A DNA stretch of 64,000 nt from Geosiphon pyriformis uo1. Lineage: Eukaryota; Fungi; Glomeromycota. The translations under genes and the position numbers were made by a program. The stretch covers positions 186,001 through 250,000 of the forward strand of contig JAAOMT010000352.1 in assembly GCA_016748015.1 (NCBI GenBank), read 5' to 3'. The stretch's first letter is position 1. Each line of letters opens with the position of its first letter. Shown piece after piece: positions 11,433-22,535 of this stretch. Below the pieces are notes generated by a model. The model did no database searches. It saw nothing but the letters and a program-made list of their open reading frames with translations, and had not been told where the DNA came from.

Positions 11433-13331
11433 CTAATGAATGAGGAATGGTCAAGATCAACTATTGAATCGATTTATCTTAAGGGAGTTATGGGATTATT
11501 TATAGTGTTGACATATTACAACGAAAATACCTGATCAGGATTCTCAGGCCCTTCCTCCATTAAATCCATTAAAGATTTAAAGCGAGGACTTGCCAATTTC
11601 ATGCGACGCGGTGAGGTAGGCCAACCTTCTGTAATCTTTTTTGGATATTTTTCTTGGCGAGCTGTGTCGATTATTGGTGTTGGACATTTTACGTTTCTAT
11701 TTGAAGTTGGTGGAAAAAATCTCGGCTAATAGCAATCGAAGGTACGAGCAAGATTTTTGATTTGAAAATTGATAAAATTTGTAAGATATTTTTTGATAAA
11801 AAGAAAAAACAATTCTTTGGAGATAAGGGTCCTTATATAATGAGAACAATAAGATAAGTTTGTGAAAATTTTTACTATTAAACTGAACTTTTGAATAAAA
11901 AACTATCAAGAGCTAATGATTAATATGTAAAAAAATGTGATTTACCCTTTTGCTCGGTGATAATCTCCCACTTATATCTCCCATTGGTCCACTCTTTCCA
12001 GCAAAATATGCACCGGAACTAGGAAATCGAGTTTCCCGAGAAAGGGGTATACCACCTCTAATGAGATCTTTTATATTTTTTAAAGGGGTTATTACAGTTG
12101 GGTAACGATCACCAGCCATCAAAAGTGTTGTCGGGGTTTGAGAAACCGATATCAAAGTAGGAGCTTCTTTAATAGGGCTATAGTAATCACCCAGTATGGA
12201 TTTGTCGGAATGAATGGGGGCAAAAGAAGGTGACGATGTTGATGGAAGAATATTATTTAAAATATCGTTGCAATTACCACCAGTAGGTATCTCAACAAAA
12301 AGGGAGCTGGAACCAAAATTTATGGGAGTAGTCCTAATAACATTAGTTTTAATTAATGTGGAATAATTTTTTTTTTCCTCTTGAACTTCCTTTGCCACCT
12401 CTTCATTCTCACTTTCACTTTCTTCTGCTATATGTTGAAAATATTTGTTAATTTTGTTATTTTGATTTTTGTGTGGGATATTGCTATCTTTTTCAATCAG
12501 TCTATGATTAGCGTCTCTATTATTATTACTACTATTATTATTATAATTATTATTAATATTATTATTAATACTATTTACACGACTTTTTGCCACAGAACTG
12601 TTATTCTCCTTCTCTGCTTCCTCCTCCTCCGTCTTCTTTTCCCTCTCCAGCTTCTCTCTCTCTACTTCGATTAGATTATTTTCCCCCTCGTTTGATGATA
12701 ACGATAAAGTTATGTTCTTTTTTCTTGACAATTCTTTTTGTTTGTTGGTTGAGGAGCAAGAGAAAGAAGTGGTTACAACCACAGACGATGAACTTCTGTT
12801 GTTCGATATCGTAATGGGTATTAAAGAATGGTTTTCCAAATTTGATTCAGAAATTGTGGTCAAAATTTCGGTTTCTTGAGATATTGATAAATTACGAGGT
12901 TCCATAGAGACAGGGGAGATTTTTGGGAAAGGGAGTTGTGGTGGTGGTGGTGGTGGTAGTAATTGTGTTGAGTAGGAAGGTTGCTGTGACAAGGGTTCTA
13001 AAGGTTTTTTGAGGTTTCCAGAAGAAAACTCTTCTTTAAAAGTTTCAACGATGCTATTGTCCTGAATTTGATTTTTCTTTTTTTTATTAAGAATGTTCAT
13101 AGTTTTTTTGGGTAGAGAGAAGGCATTGTCGTCCCGTTGAGAGTAAAAAGGTTCATGACGGTCTTTATTTAATTCATACGAAGAGATATTCGGTGAAAGT
13201 CTTGGCGGTAGTAATTGGGGTAAATGGTTATTATTATTAGTGGTAGAGGTTGTGATAGTGGAGGTATGTAAAGAGGGCGAGGTAGTTTTATTTTCCACAA
13301 CCTCGTTAATCAGTGTGATTGGAGGTTCCAT
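8034..13331 (-). CDS. CEP192/SPD-2-like protein, ~1659 aa; exons 13331-11946, 11725-11531, 11432-8034
   Basis: Two phase-0 GT-AG introns (AGG|gtaaat...attag|CCG; CAG|gtattt...cattag|GTA) join the 472-aa ORF, a 65-codon exon and the 1122-aa ORF in frame. Long acidic, Ser/Pro-rich disordered N-terminus. Three C-terminal PapD/ASH-like domains: SNMTDNPLRYEILWPAFRFDVSPAYGIV...ILVLCENGERKEVLVDI; IRNPTNKPISWQLTTATTPFLK...GFLRPGHLERVDVSFRPLFVGSYVQNF; TRVGRRRSVRIKIGNPS...LPVHFQPKEMGEIRG. Gene structure is well supported; family assignment rests on recalled CEP192 sequence. Confidence 0.8.
11531..11725 (-). CDS. CEP192-like gene, coding exon 2 (65 codons; absent from the ORF track)
   Basis: PRFFPPTSNRNVKCPTPIIDTARQEKYPKKITEGWPTSPRRMKLASPRFKSLMDLMEEGPENPDQ; bounded by AG and GT, phase 0 at both ends. 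Confidence 0.75.
11946..13331 (-). CDS. CEP192-like gene, coding exon 1 (462 codons)
   Basis: ATG at 13331; donor gtaaat starts at 11945. Confidence 0.8.
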
Positions 13332-13713
13332 CTATTATGATTATGTTTATAATAATGTTTGTCTGATCGAGGAGTTGGAAACAACTCATTTAGTGAGAGG
13401 TAAAATAAAGGGAATCTGATACTTATACACCGCCGAAGTAAGGCGGAAAGGATTATAAAAAAAAGAATGAAGTTGAAAGGGAATTTTTTTTGAAGAGGTT
13501 AATAGAGAAAAACTTCCTACGATTACGGAGGTGCCAAGGTGGTACTAGACCAACCAGAGCAGTAGTGGAAGCAGCAGCAAAAGTGTTTGGAAAAGAAAGC
13601 CAGCTATGTAGACTTTTTTTGATATTTTTTTAAGAACTACTAGAAAAAGATAAATTTTTGAATAGAAGAAAGAAAGACAATATTTATCTGTTATTATGGG
13701 AGTAATAATAGTG

Positions 13714-13714
13714 T

Positions 13715-13756
<42 letters not shown>

Positions 13757-13870
13757 TGGTAGTGGTAGTGGTAGTGGTAGTGGTAGTGATTAAAGGTAAA
13801 AAGTGATTATAGTGGTGATGGTGGTAGTAGTAATAGTAATAGTAATATTAGTAGTAATAGTAGTAGTAGT
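13714..13870. repeat. (TAG)n/(GTAGTG)n compound microsatellite in the 5' region of the host gene
   Basis: Seen directly. Confidence 0.9.
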
Positions 13871-13996
13871 AAAATAAGGATAGAAGAGAAAGAAGGGGAA
13901 AAAGAGAAAGGTGAAAAAGGGACCTACAAACTAAAACCTTATTTGTTTGGAAACAAATGCAGTGGTGGGAGAATATGGCATACCAAAAATATAGAA

Positions 13997-14056
13997 ATTG
14001 ACGTCAATAAGATATTACAATAGCGGTAGGTTTAAAAAGACGCATTTTGTTCGCGG
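13997..14056 (-). promoter_or_regulatory. Putative promoter motifs of the CEP192-like gene
   Basis: Palindrome ATTGACGTCAAT (CRE/ATF core TGACGTCA, 13999-14006) and CCGCGAA on the minus strand (SCB/E2F-like, 14050-14056) in a CpG-retaining patch ~700 bp upstream of the ATG. Confidence 0.35.
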
Positions 14057-14687
14057 TTTTTTTTTATTTATTTATTTATTTTTCTATTGGTAAAAAAAAA
14101 CGACACAATGATGAACTGATGATAGTTAAGAACGGGGTCTTTCAAATTTCATATTGGATTTAATAAATATTATTATCATATATATATATATATCTGGATC
14201 TGGACCATAAACTATTTCAAAAATTCCGTTTGGTGATAATAGTTTCTTTTGTGATGCCTGTCACTGCAGAATAAACTTCAGCGGATAGTATATTAAATGA
14301 GTAGATTTTTAATGAATAATGCTTTGTAAAAAGTTTATAAAAAGATTAAATTTATGCAATAAATATGTTATATTAAAAATAAATAATAAAAAAAGTTTAT
14401 CACTGTTGAAATTGACAACGGTTGAAATTTATCTTTAAAATTTTTTTTTGCGGAGATATCATAAAGAATTCACTGTGTTAAAAATTTTAAATTCAGTAAT
14501 GATCATATGATGCATTGACGATTAATGATCAAAGACCCCATAGTATTATAACTTTATAAATGATTAAAAGCCCTGTTGATAGGCAAAACAATTAAAGAAA
14601 AAGAATTTTCTTAATTATTGTCATTTATTAAAGGGATGAAATTTGGTCCGGAGTGCATTAAACTTTTAGGAACATTGATGAAAGGGT

Positions 14688-14690
<3 letters not shown>

Positions 14691-14719
<29 letters not shown>
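14691..14719. repeat. (AT)n microsatellite
   Basis: Seen directly. Confidence 0.95.
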
Positions 14720-14721
<2 letters not shown>

Positions 14722-15926
14722 TACATAAATATTTATTTACTTATTTATTTATTTATTTACATATATATGTTTTTATTGTTTGTTTTTAATGCTTTTATTG
14801 CCACGTTATTCGCCCACGTTTTTTTTTTTCAATAACTTGGTAACTTTTTATCTATTATTTCATATATTAAAAACCATCATCCAAAAGTAGCCCCTCATTA
14901 TCTCCCAAGTTTAAGACTAATAATGTGCACCAATTTAGAATTTTTAGATTGAGGACGGTTAGCTTCAGATGTGAAATAAATAATTTCGCATTTCTTGAAA
15001 TGATCCCGATTGTAATTTTAAATTTTAAAACTTGTTGAGTTTTAAATAATTCCATTATCCGATATCCTTATAACAAGAATTTATTTATAGCAATACAGTA
15101 TACTTAAAATTTAAAAAAAATTTACCGGTTTAAACTTTTCCAATTTGGATTATAAAGCTTCCTTAATAAATGTAATTTTTTTACCAGCAGATATTACTCT
15201 CTTGTTTCCCGCCATTTTAAAAGTCTTTTGGTTTGTGATAAAAGCTTAATTATAAATTCATAAAGATCCAATACCATTCATTTCATGGGAACTATGGAAT
15301 GAAACATTATCAATGGTGATTCAGTTGTGATCGGCTGATCCAAATGGGTTGCACATGGTTTAAATTGCGGACCTCATTAGCATTATCAACTGCTTGTTAC
15401 AAAAAAAAATATTGTTCTTGTGAAATTTAAAAATATAATATCGTATAATATATAAAAAATATCTTAACTGTAATATTATTTCCCTAAATATAATAATATG
15501 TAAAGAAAGATTTGGTTTCATAAGTTAATAATAATTTTTTTTTATTTGTTGACTTTTCTCTTTTTACATTGTATAAACAAAAAGATTTTATTATTGTGCA
15601 AAAGAAAAAAATAAAATAATTTCGCATTTTGTGTTTTTATATAAGAATTCAATTAATTATAGCAATACTTTGATTGATATTACAATTAAGAAAACCTGAA
15701 AATTACAATCAAAATTATATTTTAATAATTTTAATACAAAAATCAAATAATATGAGTAACACAAAAAATTCAAAGTATTAGAAAATTGAAGTAAGAAAAT
15801 AATTTTTATTAAAAAAACAAACCAGTAATAATAACTTTAAAAAAAATTCTTTTATTGGCTGCTTAAATTGATTTTTTATAAAAATAATTTTTATTATCTA
15901 ATTTATTGTGTTTAAATTACTTTATA

Positions 15927-15930
<4 letters not shown>

Positions 15931-15987
<57 letters not shown>
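15931..15987. repeat. (AAT)n microsatellite
   Basis: Seen directly. Confidence 0.97.
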
Positions 15988-16323
15988 TTTTTAAACAAGA
16001 AAACAAATTAAATATATAATATATTCAATTTATTTGTTTTGAGCAATTGCATTTTTTTTAATAAAAAGTAACAAAATAACAAACAAATTTATAATTTTGA
16101 AATTATTTCAAAAGTTTTAAAAGTATTATTAAACTATAATATAAATACAAGTTTTTTGCCAGAGTAGTATACAAAAAATCTATTTTAAAAAAACAAAACA
16201 TAAAAATTTTGTAAAATTTTAAATTTTTTAACAGTTAAATCAAATTATTTACACTACAAAAAAAAACTATTAAAAACCATCTTTTTGTTTAATACTATAT
16301 TTTTAATATATATAAATATATAA

Positions 16324-18163
16324 CCCAAGAAATAACTTCCTGGTAGGTGTTGTGAGAATTTTTTTGAACACCAAAACTTCTTTGGCCAATGGTTTACATA
16401 GTATGTTTTGTAGGTCTGGCCACTTTTCAATGTTCAGAATATTAGAAATACTTATTATTTTGATGTAATACATTTTTTGAAACATTTTGGTTTTGCTTTT
16501 GGTGATATTTTGTTGAATAAGCATGATATGGTCATGAATTAAAAGTTTTTTAATGTTGGAAAAAATTGAATTCAAAACATCCAGTACTATTGTGGTTTAA
16601 AAAGGCTCTAATTTATATAAACAATTGTCCTATAAAGTTTAATAATTATGCTTTTAATTTAGTTTGTTCTGATTTTTTTCATTTGGTTGAGTTTTTTGGT
16701 ATTTGTAAGCATTTGCATGAGGTGTAAACTGAAATAATTAATGTTTACATTAATGGCTCCTTGATAGATCTGAATATGAAAAAGATGACTAGTAAAGCAG
16801 CAGCTTATTTTTTTGATATTGATATGAGTGTAAGTATTAAGATGTGCAGATTGTTGTTTTTAACACTGGCAGAATTGCAAGCAGTTGCTTTGGTCTTGAA
16901 GTGTGTTTTTTCATCTTGTTTAATGGTTTTATATATAGATAACCAAATGGTTTTGAATGTGTGTTTAATAAAAAACAAACTTTATTAGTTTGATTTTCAT
17001 AACAGATGTTAGATAAAAAGACATTATATTGTTAATTTGATAAGATTTAAAAACATTTCCATAAAGTGAATAAAAATAAAAAGCCATTTAAAAAACATTA
17101 ATAATAATTAGACAAATACTTATGCTTATATTGTGATACAGTTATGCTTGGCTTTTCCTATTGAGATTTATAAAAAGATTTTTATGGCAAATGGTTATGT
17201 AATATTAAACAATGTTTACCATTTTGTTCAAGATATTTATCAGTTTGTTTATTAAGCTTAGTAGAAAATAAGTTCTAATGTAAATATTTTGAACAGTTCT
17301 TTTATCCAGTGCATAAATTGGAGTAGTATTGCTTTAGTTTAGCATTCAGACTCTTATATATTGGCTGGTTTTACCAATAAAAAATTGGCTGCTTTGTGCA
17401 CATATTTAATAAAAACTATTTACAAAAAACTGCCAGTTACTGTTTATAAGAAACTATATAATAAAAATTATTTGGGCATTTTGTGCTTAATGTATAATAA
17501 TATAGAGCTGTCTAATTATGTTTTTACTTGCTTTAAGAATGCTTTAGTGTACTCTGATATTCTTTCTGGTTATGCTGAACTGTAAAAATTTTTGGTTAAT
17601 AATTGTTTTTTATTATCATCTTTAATATTATACACTTTTTATTCAAATGCTTTAGATGTTAACATGTATATGGTTTTGTGTAAGAGTTTTGTTTTTAGAA
17701 AATGAGTTGATGAAACAGCATGTATTTTTGAAAATAGAAGGGAAGCAGTATTAATGATAGTTAATTTTGTTTACTATTTAGCTAATAAACATTATAGTCA
17801 GTCTTGATTATTAAGATCTAAATTCAGGACAGACATAAAAAAAAAATAAACTAGTCAATAATATAAATATGGTATTTAATCTGTTTTGTGGTTTGTCTAG
17901 TTTTTTGTCTAATAGAATGGTTTGTTTGCTTGGTATTATTGAGTCTTTTGTTGTCAGTTTTGGTTTGTATAAACTGTGTTTGTTTTTTCTGGTTTGAACA
18001 ATAGTGTAAAAATTCTTATAAATATGTAGTATTGTCTTAATTAACTCAAATAACTAGTTACATGTAGAAAACACATGAGTTATATTTAGTTTAATTTACT
18101 TAATTTGTTTCTGTATACTAGATAGTGATTAGACTGCACTTATTAAATAAATAAATAAATAAA
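16324..18163 (+). mobile_element. 5'-truncated LINE with RNase H, Cys/His C-terminal region, (TAAA)n tail and ~14-bp TSD
   Basis: NVYINGSL...TLAELQAVALVLKCV...YIDNQ (RNase H); CLMYNNIELSNYVFTC (decayed zinc-finger-like motif); taaa tail; flanks atataaatatataa (16310-16323) and atacaaatatataa (18164-18177). Confidence 0.85.
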
Positions 18164-18559
18164 ATACAAATATATAATTTGATAATTTCAGAATATTATA
18201 CTTAATATAAAAACATTTTTATAATTTATATTATATATATTTTTTGTTTTATAACCAATAATTTATTATAAAACATTTTTATAATATAATTTTAAACTTA
18301 GTAATTTTAAGACTGCTAAAATTCAAACTAAAATATTAATTAAATTATTAAATTAAGATTATTATATTTTAATTAAAATTATTATTATAAGTAATTTATT
18401 TATTTAAATAATTATAATTATTAAGTAATAATTAATTATAAAATTTAGTATTATTTTTTATTTTTTTAGTAAATTAATAATTTACAACAAAATTAATTTT
18501 ATAATGTATTTTTATTTTTTATTAAATTACTACAATATTAAATATTAATAGTAAAAAGC

Positions 18560-21500
18560 TGTTAAAAACAGTTTTTAAAGCCTTTTTTTATCTTTAACTA
18601 GTAGTTTTTTCTTAATTAAAGTTTTTTTTAAAAAACATACTTAAGTTAGTTTCAATATTGTTTTTATTCTTTCTAAGAGTTACAAAGTTTTTAATAATAA
18701 GCCAATTAACAAACTGGTTTTTTTTGTTCTTATTACTAATATTACTATTACTATTTTATAAATAATTAAAAAAACTAAAAAGTCAGAAAAACAGTAATAG
18801 TTGTTTGTATTTGTTATTATTATATTAAATTTTTTTATAATTTTAAATAAAATTTTAAATAAAATTTTTTTAATAATAACTAATTTTTTTTAATATAAAC
18901 AATATTACCAAAGATTTTTTTGATTTTTTATTATTATTATTAATGCTATTTTGTTGTTAATTTTATTGTTAATAAAAGTTAATAAACTTCTAATAAATTA
19001 ATTTCTCTTTTAAAGTATGTTTTTATACTTTAAATTATATATATTGTTGAATTATAATAAAATAGCAATTTTGTGTTAATTATTTATATAATTATTTTAT
19101 AGTAAAAGTTACTTTTTTTACAAGAAAATTTTATTTAGAAGTTCTTTAAAATATGTGTAATTACTTTGCTATAAAAATCAAATTTTTTACAAAAAATCTC
19201 AATTATAGATTACTTAATAATATAAAAAAAATAAAAAATAAAAATAAAAAATTAACTAAAAAAAAGAAAATAAGAAAGTTGTTAAGAAAGTTGTTTTAAA
19301 TTCAAGTCTAAAAATTATTAATAATTATGGAAATTAATAACTAATTAATTCAAAATATTAGTATAAAATATTTAATTTCAAAACAAAAATAATTCAAAAT
19401 TTATGTTTTTTTAAATGAGTTTTATTTGAGTTAATTTGGAAAAAAATATTTAATATGATATTAATTTTAATTAAAATATATTTTTTTCAAAAAAAGCTCT
19501 TTTTTTATACAACTTATTGTAGTATTATATTATAATTTAGCATTTTTTTTAATATTTTGGTAAATTAAAAATATATTTTGTTAAACTATAAGTTATTTTT
19601 GTAAATTATAGATTATTTTGAAAAACTATTAAATATTTTATCAAATTACTAAATATTTTAATAAATTTTAAATGTTATATAGTTTAATATATTACATAAT
19701 CTAATTATTACAATTTAGTTATATTTGTGTTCTATATAAATTGAGCTATTAATTAAATAATAAATGATAAATTGAAATAATAATATATCCTAATTAATAA
19801 TAAGAATTATAAAATAATTTTATGCTAAATAATATTTTAAATTTTAACTGATAATAACAACAGCAATAATAATATATTTTTTAAAATAAACCAAAATTAG
19901 CCATTAATTATATTGCTAAATATGGTTTTTTCTAGCAGATTATTGCCAGTTTTAAAAATAAAACACTTTATTGAATTACTAAATCATAAAAATTAGATTA
20001 ATTAAATGAAAACTAAATCAATTTTTTCTTTTTTATTTACTAATACTGTTTTTATTAATGTCTAAAAAACAATTTTTAATTATTAAAAATTCTCTAAGTA
20101 AGTAATTTTTACTCTAATATTTGGTACAATTTTTAAGATTAAGTTGATTTTGGTTGCTTTTTTGTTTTATTTTTTGTCTGGTTTTGTTAAATTCAAGTTG
20201 GTTTTAAAAGACAATATTAAGTTGTTTTGTATAGATTTTGTTTTTAAAACTTTTTTAGTTGTAATTATTAAAGTTTTAATTAATAATTTTTTTTTATTAT
20301 ACTTAAGATTGTAAAATCTTCTGTAATGTCTTTTGGCTTTTTTCTTTTTATTTTTGTTGTATTTTATAATTTTTTTTTGATATATTTACTAATAATATTA
20401 AAAATGTTTTTAGTATTTTTAATATTATTACTTTTATTAAGTTGAAATTTGCTGGTTTGTAATAATATGTTGTTATTATTTTTAAGTCTTTTTACTGCTT
20501 TTAATAACTGGTTTGTGCTAATAAAAAAGAATAATGTTTAGATTTTTCTTTTTTTAATTAAAAAAAATTATTATTTAAAAAACTTTTTTAAAGTCAAATT
20601 AGTCAATTTTTTTTGATTATACTGCTTTTGAAATTAATAATTTGATATTTTAAGTTAGCAATTATATTTGCTTTATTTTTTATTTTTTTAAATTTTATTA
20701 TTATTAATACTTTGTTATAATATTTAAGTTTTGTAAATTTTTAAATCTGGTTATTATTAAAATTAGTATTTTATACAAATATTATATTTAGTAGAAAATT
20801 TTCAAGTATTATTACTATTACAAATATTAAAACTTAAATTATTTATCTAAAGATTGCAAAGTATTATTACTTTTTTTTTTAAGTTATTTGTTAAGTTTGC
20901 TATTAGTTTTACGTTTTTTGTATTTTTTTTTATTAACAAAAAATCTTATAGTAAGATTTTTATTTTTTATTTTTTTTTACTGTTTTTTTGGTAGTATTGC
21001 TGTTAATTCTGTTATTAAATTTAAATTAAATTTCTTAAAATCTTAAATTTCAAGTTTAGCTGTTCTAATTAAATTTATTATTAAACTTATTAATTTCTTG
21101 ATTACTTTGATTATTATTTTTTAAATACTTTTTTTGTTTTACATATAAAGCTTAAAAATTTGGTTTGTACTATACAAAATAAGATGTTTGCTTTTGATAA
21201 AACTGTAGATTAGCTTTCTATAAATATAGTAACAATTAAAATTGAATACAGTTTTAATATTAATCTTATAAAAAAATGTAAAATTGGTCTACTTAACAAT
21301 GAACTTTATATTAAGTTGGAAATATTAATTTGGCTTTATTAAATTTAATACAAATTTAACTGCTATTTGGTTAAGTAATTTTGTTAAAAATAATAGTATT
21401 TTAGTTGTTATTATAAATAAAATATTTTTTTAAAATAGATTTTTTTTATAGATTTAATATAATATTGTCTTAATTGATTTAAATAACTAATTACATATAA

Positions 21501-21590
21501 AAAACACATAATTTATATTTAGTTTGGTTTATTTAATTTAATATATTATATTAAATTATGTTTGAACTTTGTTTATTAAATTAAATAAAA
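18560..21590 (+). mobile_element. Very decayed LINE-derived element, interrupted by a solo LTR
   Basis: 21460-21590 matches the 3' tail at 18020-18160. The body resembles LINE ORF1 from memory, with no RT or RNase H visible. Left boundary approximate. Confidence 0.55.
18903..19856 (-). mobile_element. Old solo LTR, family B-like, 4-bp TSD ACAA
   Basis: tattaccaaag...ctgataata are decayed tgttacca/tggtaaca termini; acaa on both sides; internal match to 57618..58589. Confidence 0.8.
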
Positions 21591-21714
21591 AAAATAATTA
21601 AATTTTTTAAATAATTTTTAGATATTAAAATATTTTTTAAAATATATTTTTGGTTTTATAAAATAGCTTTTAAAAATTTGTTATTTATTATTATTATTAT
21701 TATTATTTTATATA

Positions 21715-21866
21715 TAACCAATTATTTAAGCCAGTTAAGACAATATTATATTAAAACAAAAAAACTGAAAGTAAATTTAGCTTACTAATTTTTTTAATAA
21801 TATTATTTAAAATTTTTTTAAAATTAAAAATAAACTTACTAAAAAACAACTTAGTTTTTTTAATAT
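21715..21866 (-). mobile_element. LINE-derived remnant, target of family A2; resumes at 39421-39529 and 40185-40435
   Basis: 21718-21750 is the reverse complement of the LINE 3' tail; 40250-40435 is the reverse complement of 20720-20920. Confidence 0.55.
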
Positions 21867-22535
21867 TATTATAGTTGAAACCCATAGTTTTTATTAGTTA
21901 TTATATATATTTGATATTATATAATTAGCCACTTTATTTTTAGATAGTAATTATTGACTTGATCAATAATCTGATTGTTAACCTAATTATTGACTTGATT
22001 ATTAACCACTTTTAAATAGCTATATAAATAATGAGTCTTTCAAATATAGAAAATAATGTAGTAATTAATTAAGAATAAATAAAATAACAACTATTATTTT
22101 AATTTTTTTCTTATTACTTATTTTTTTTCCTTACTTTTAAGTATCTAAACATTTTAAGATAAAAAATTACTTGTTGACATTTATTTACTCTTTTCTTAAC
22201 TCATATAATTGTAATATTTAAAGATTATTGAATAAAACATAACTGAAAAGTACATCTAATACCTGATATTAAATTTTAAGAATGCTAACATAAAACATAG
22301 AATTATACCAGTGTATTATTATTTGTTAACAGTATAAACTATTTTTTATATTCAAATTTTCCAGTTATCTTTTAAAAAAAATAGCAACTGAGATATTTTA
22401 TGAAACTGATCTTGCACATTAAATTCATACTCATTTAATTTGCTCTTTGAAGTTAAATTCTTTTTAATTAATTCTATTATTTTACAATTATGTTCTCCTT
22501 TGCTATCTATTAGCTTATTACTTCAATCTGTAACA
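21867..22535 (+). mobile_element. Family A2 5' LTR
   Basis: tattatagttgaaa...ctgtaaca followed by PBS. Confidence 0.9.

Noticed and set aside
11696-11700. Alternative acceptor aatag|AAACGT for exon 2
   Set aside because: With the phase-0 donor it reaches a stop after 39 codons; the acceptor at 11726 keeps the frame.
8890-12814. Plus-strand ORFs 8890, 9607, 10618, 11156, 12381, 12587 and alternative-frame minus ORFs
   Set aside because: Shadows of the low-complexity CEP192-like coding sequence with no independent motifs.
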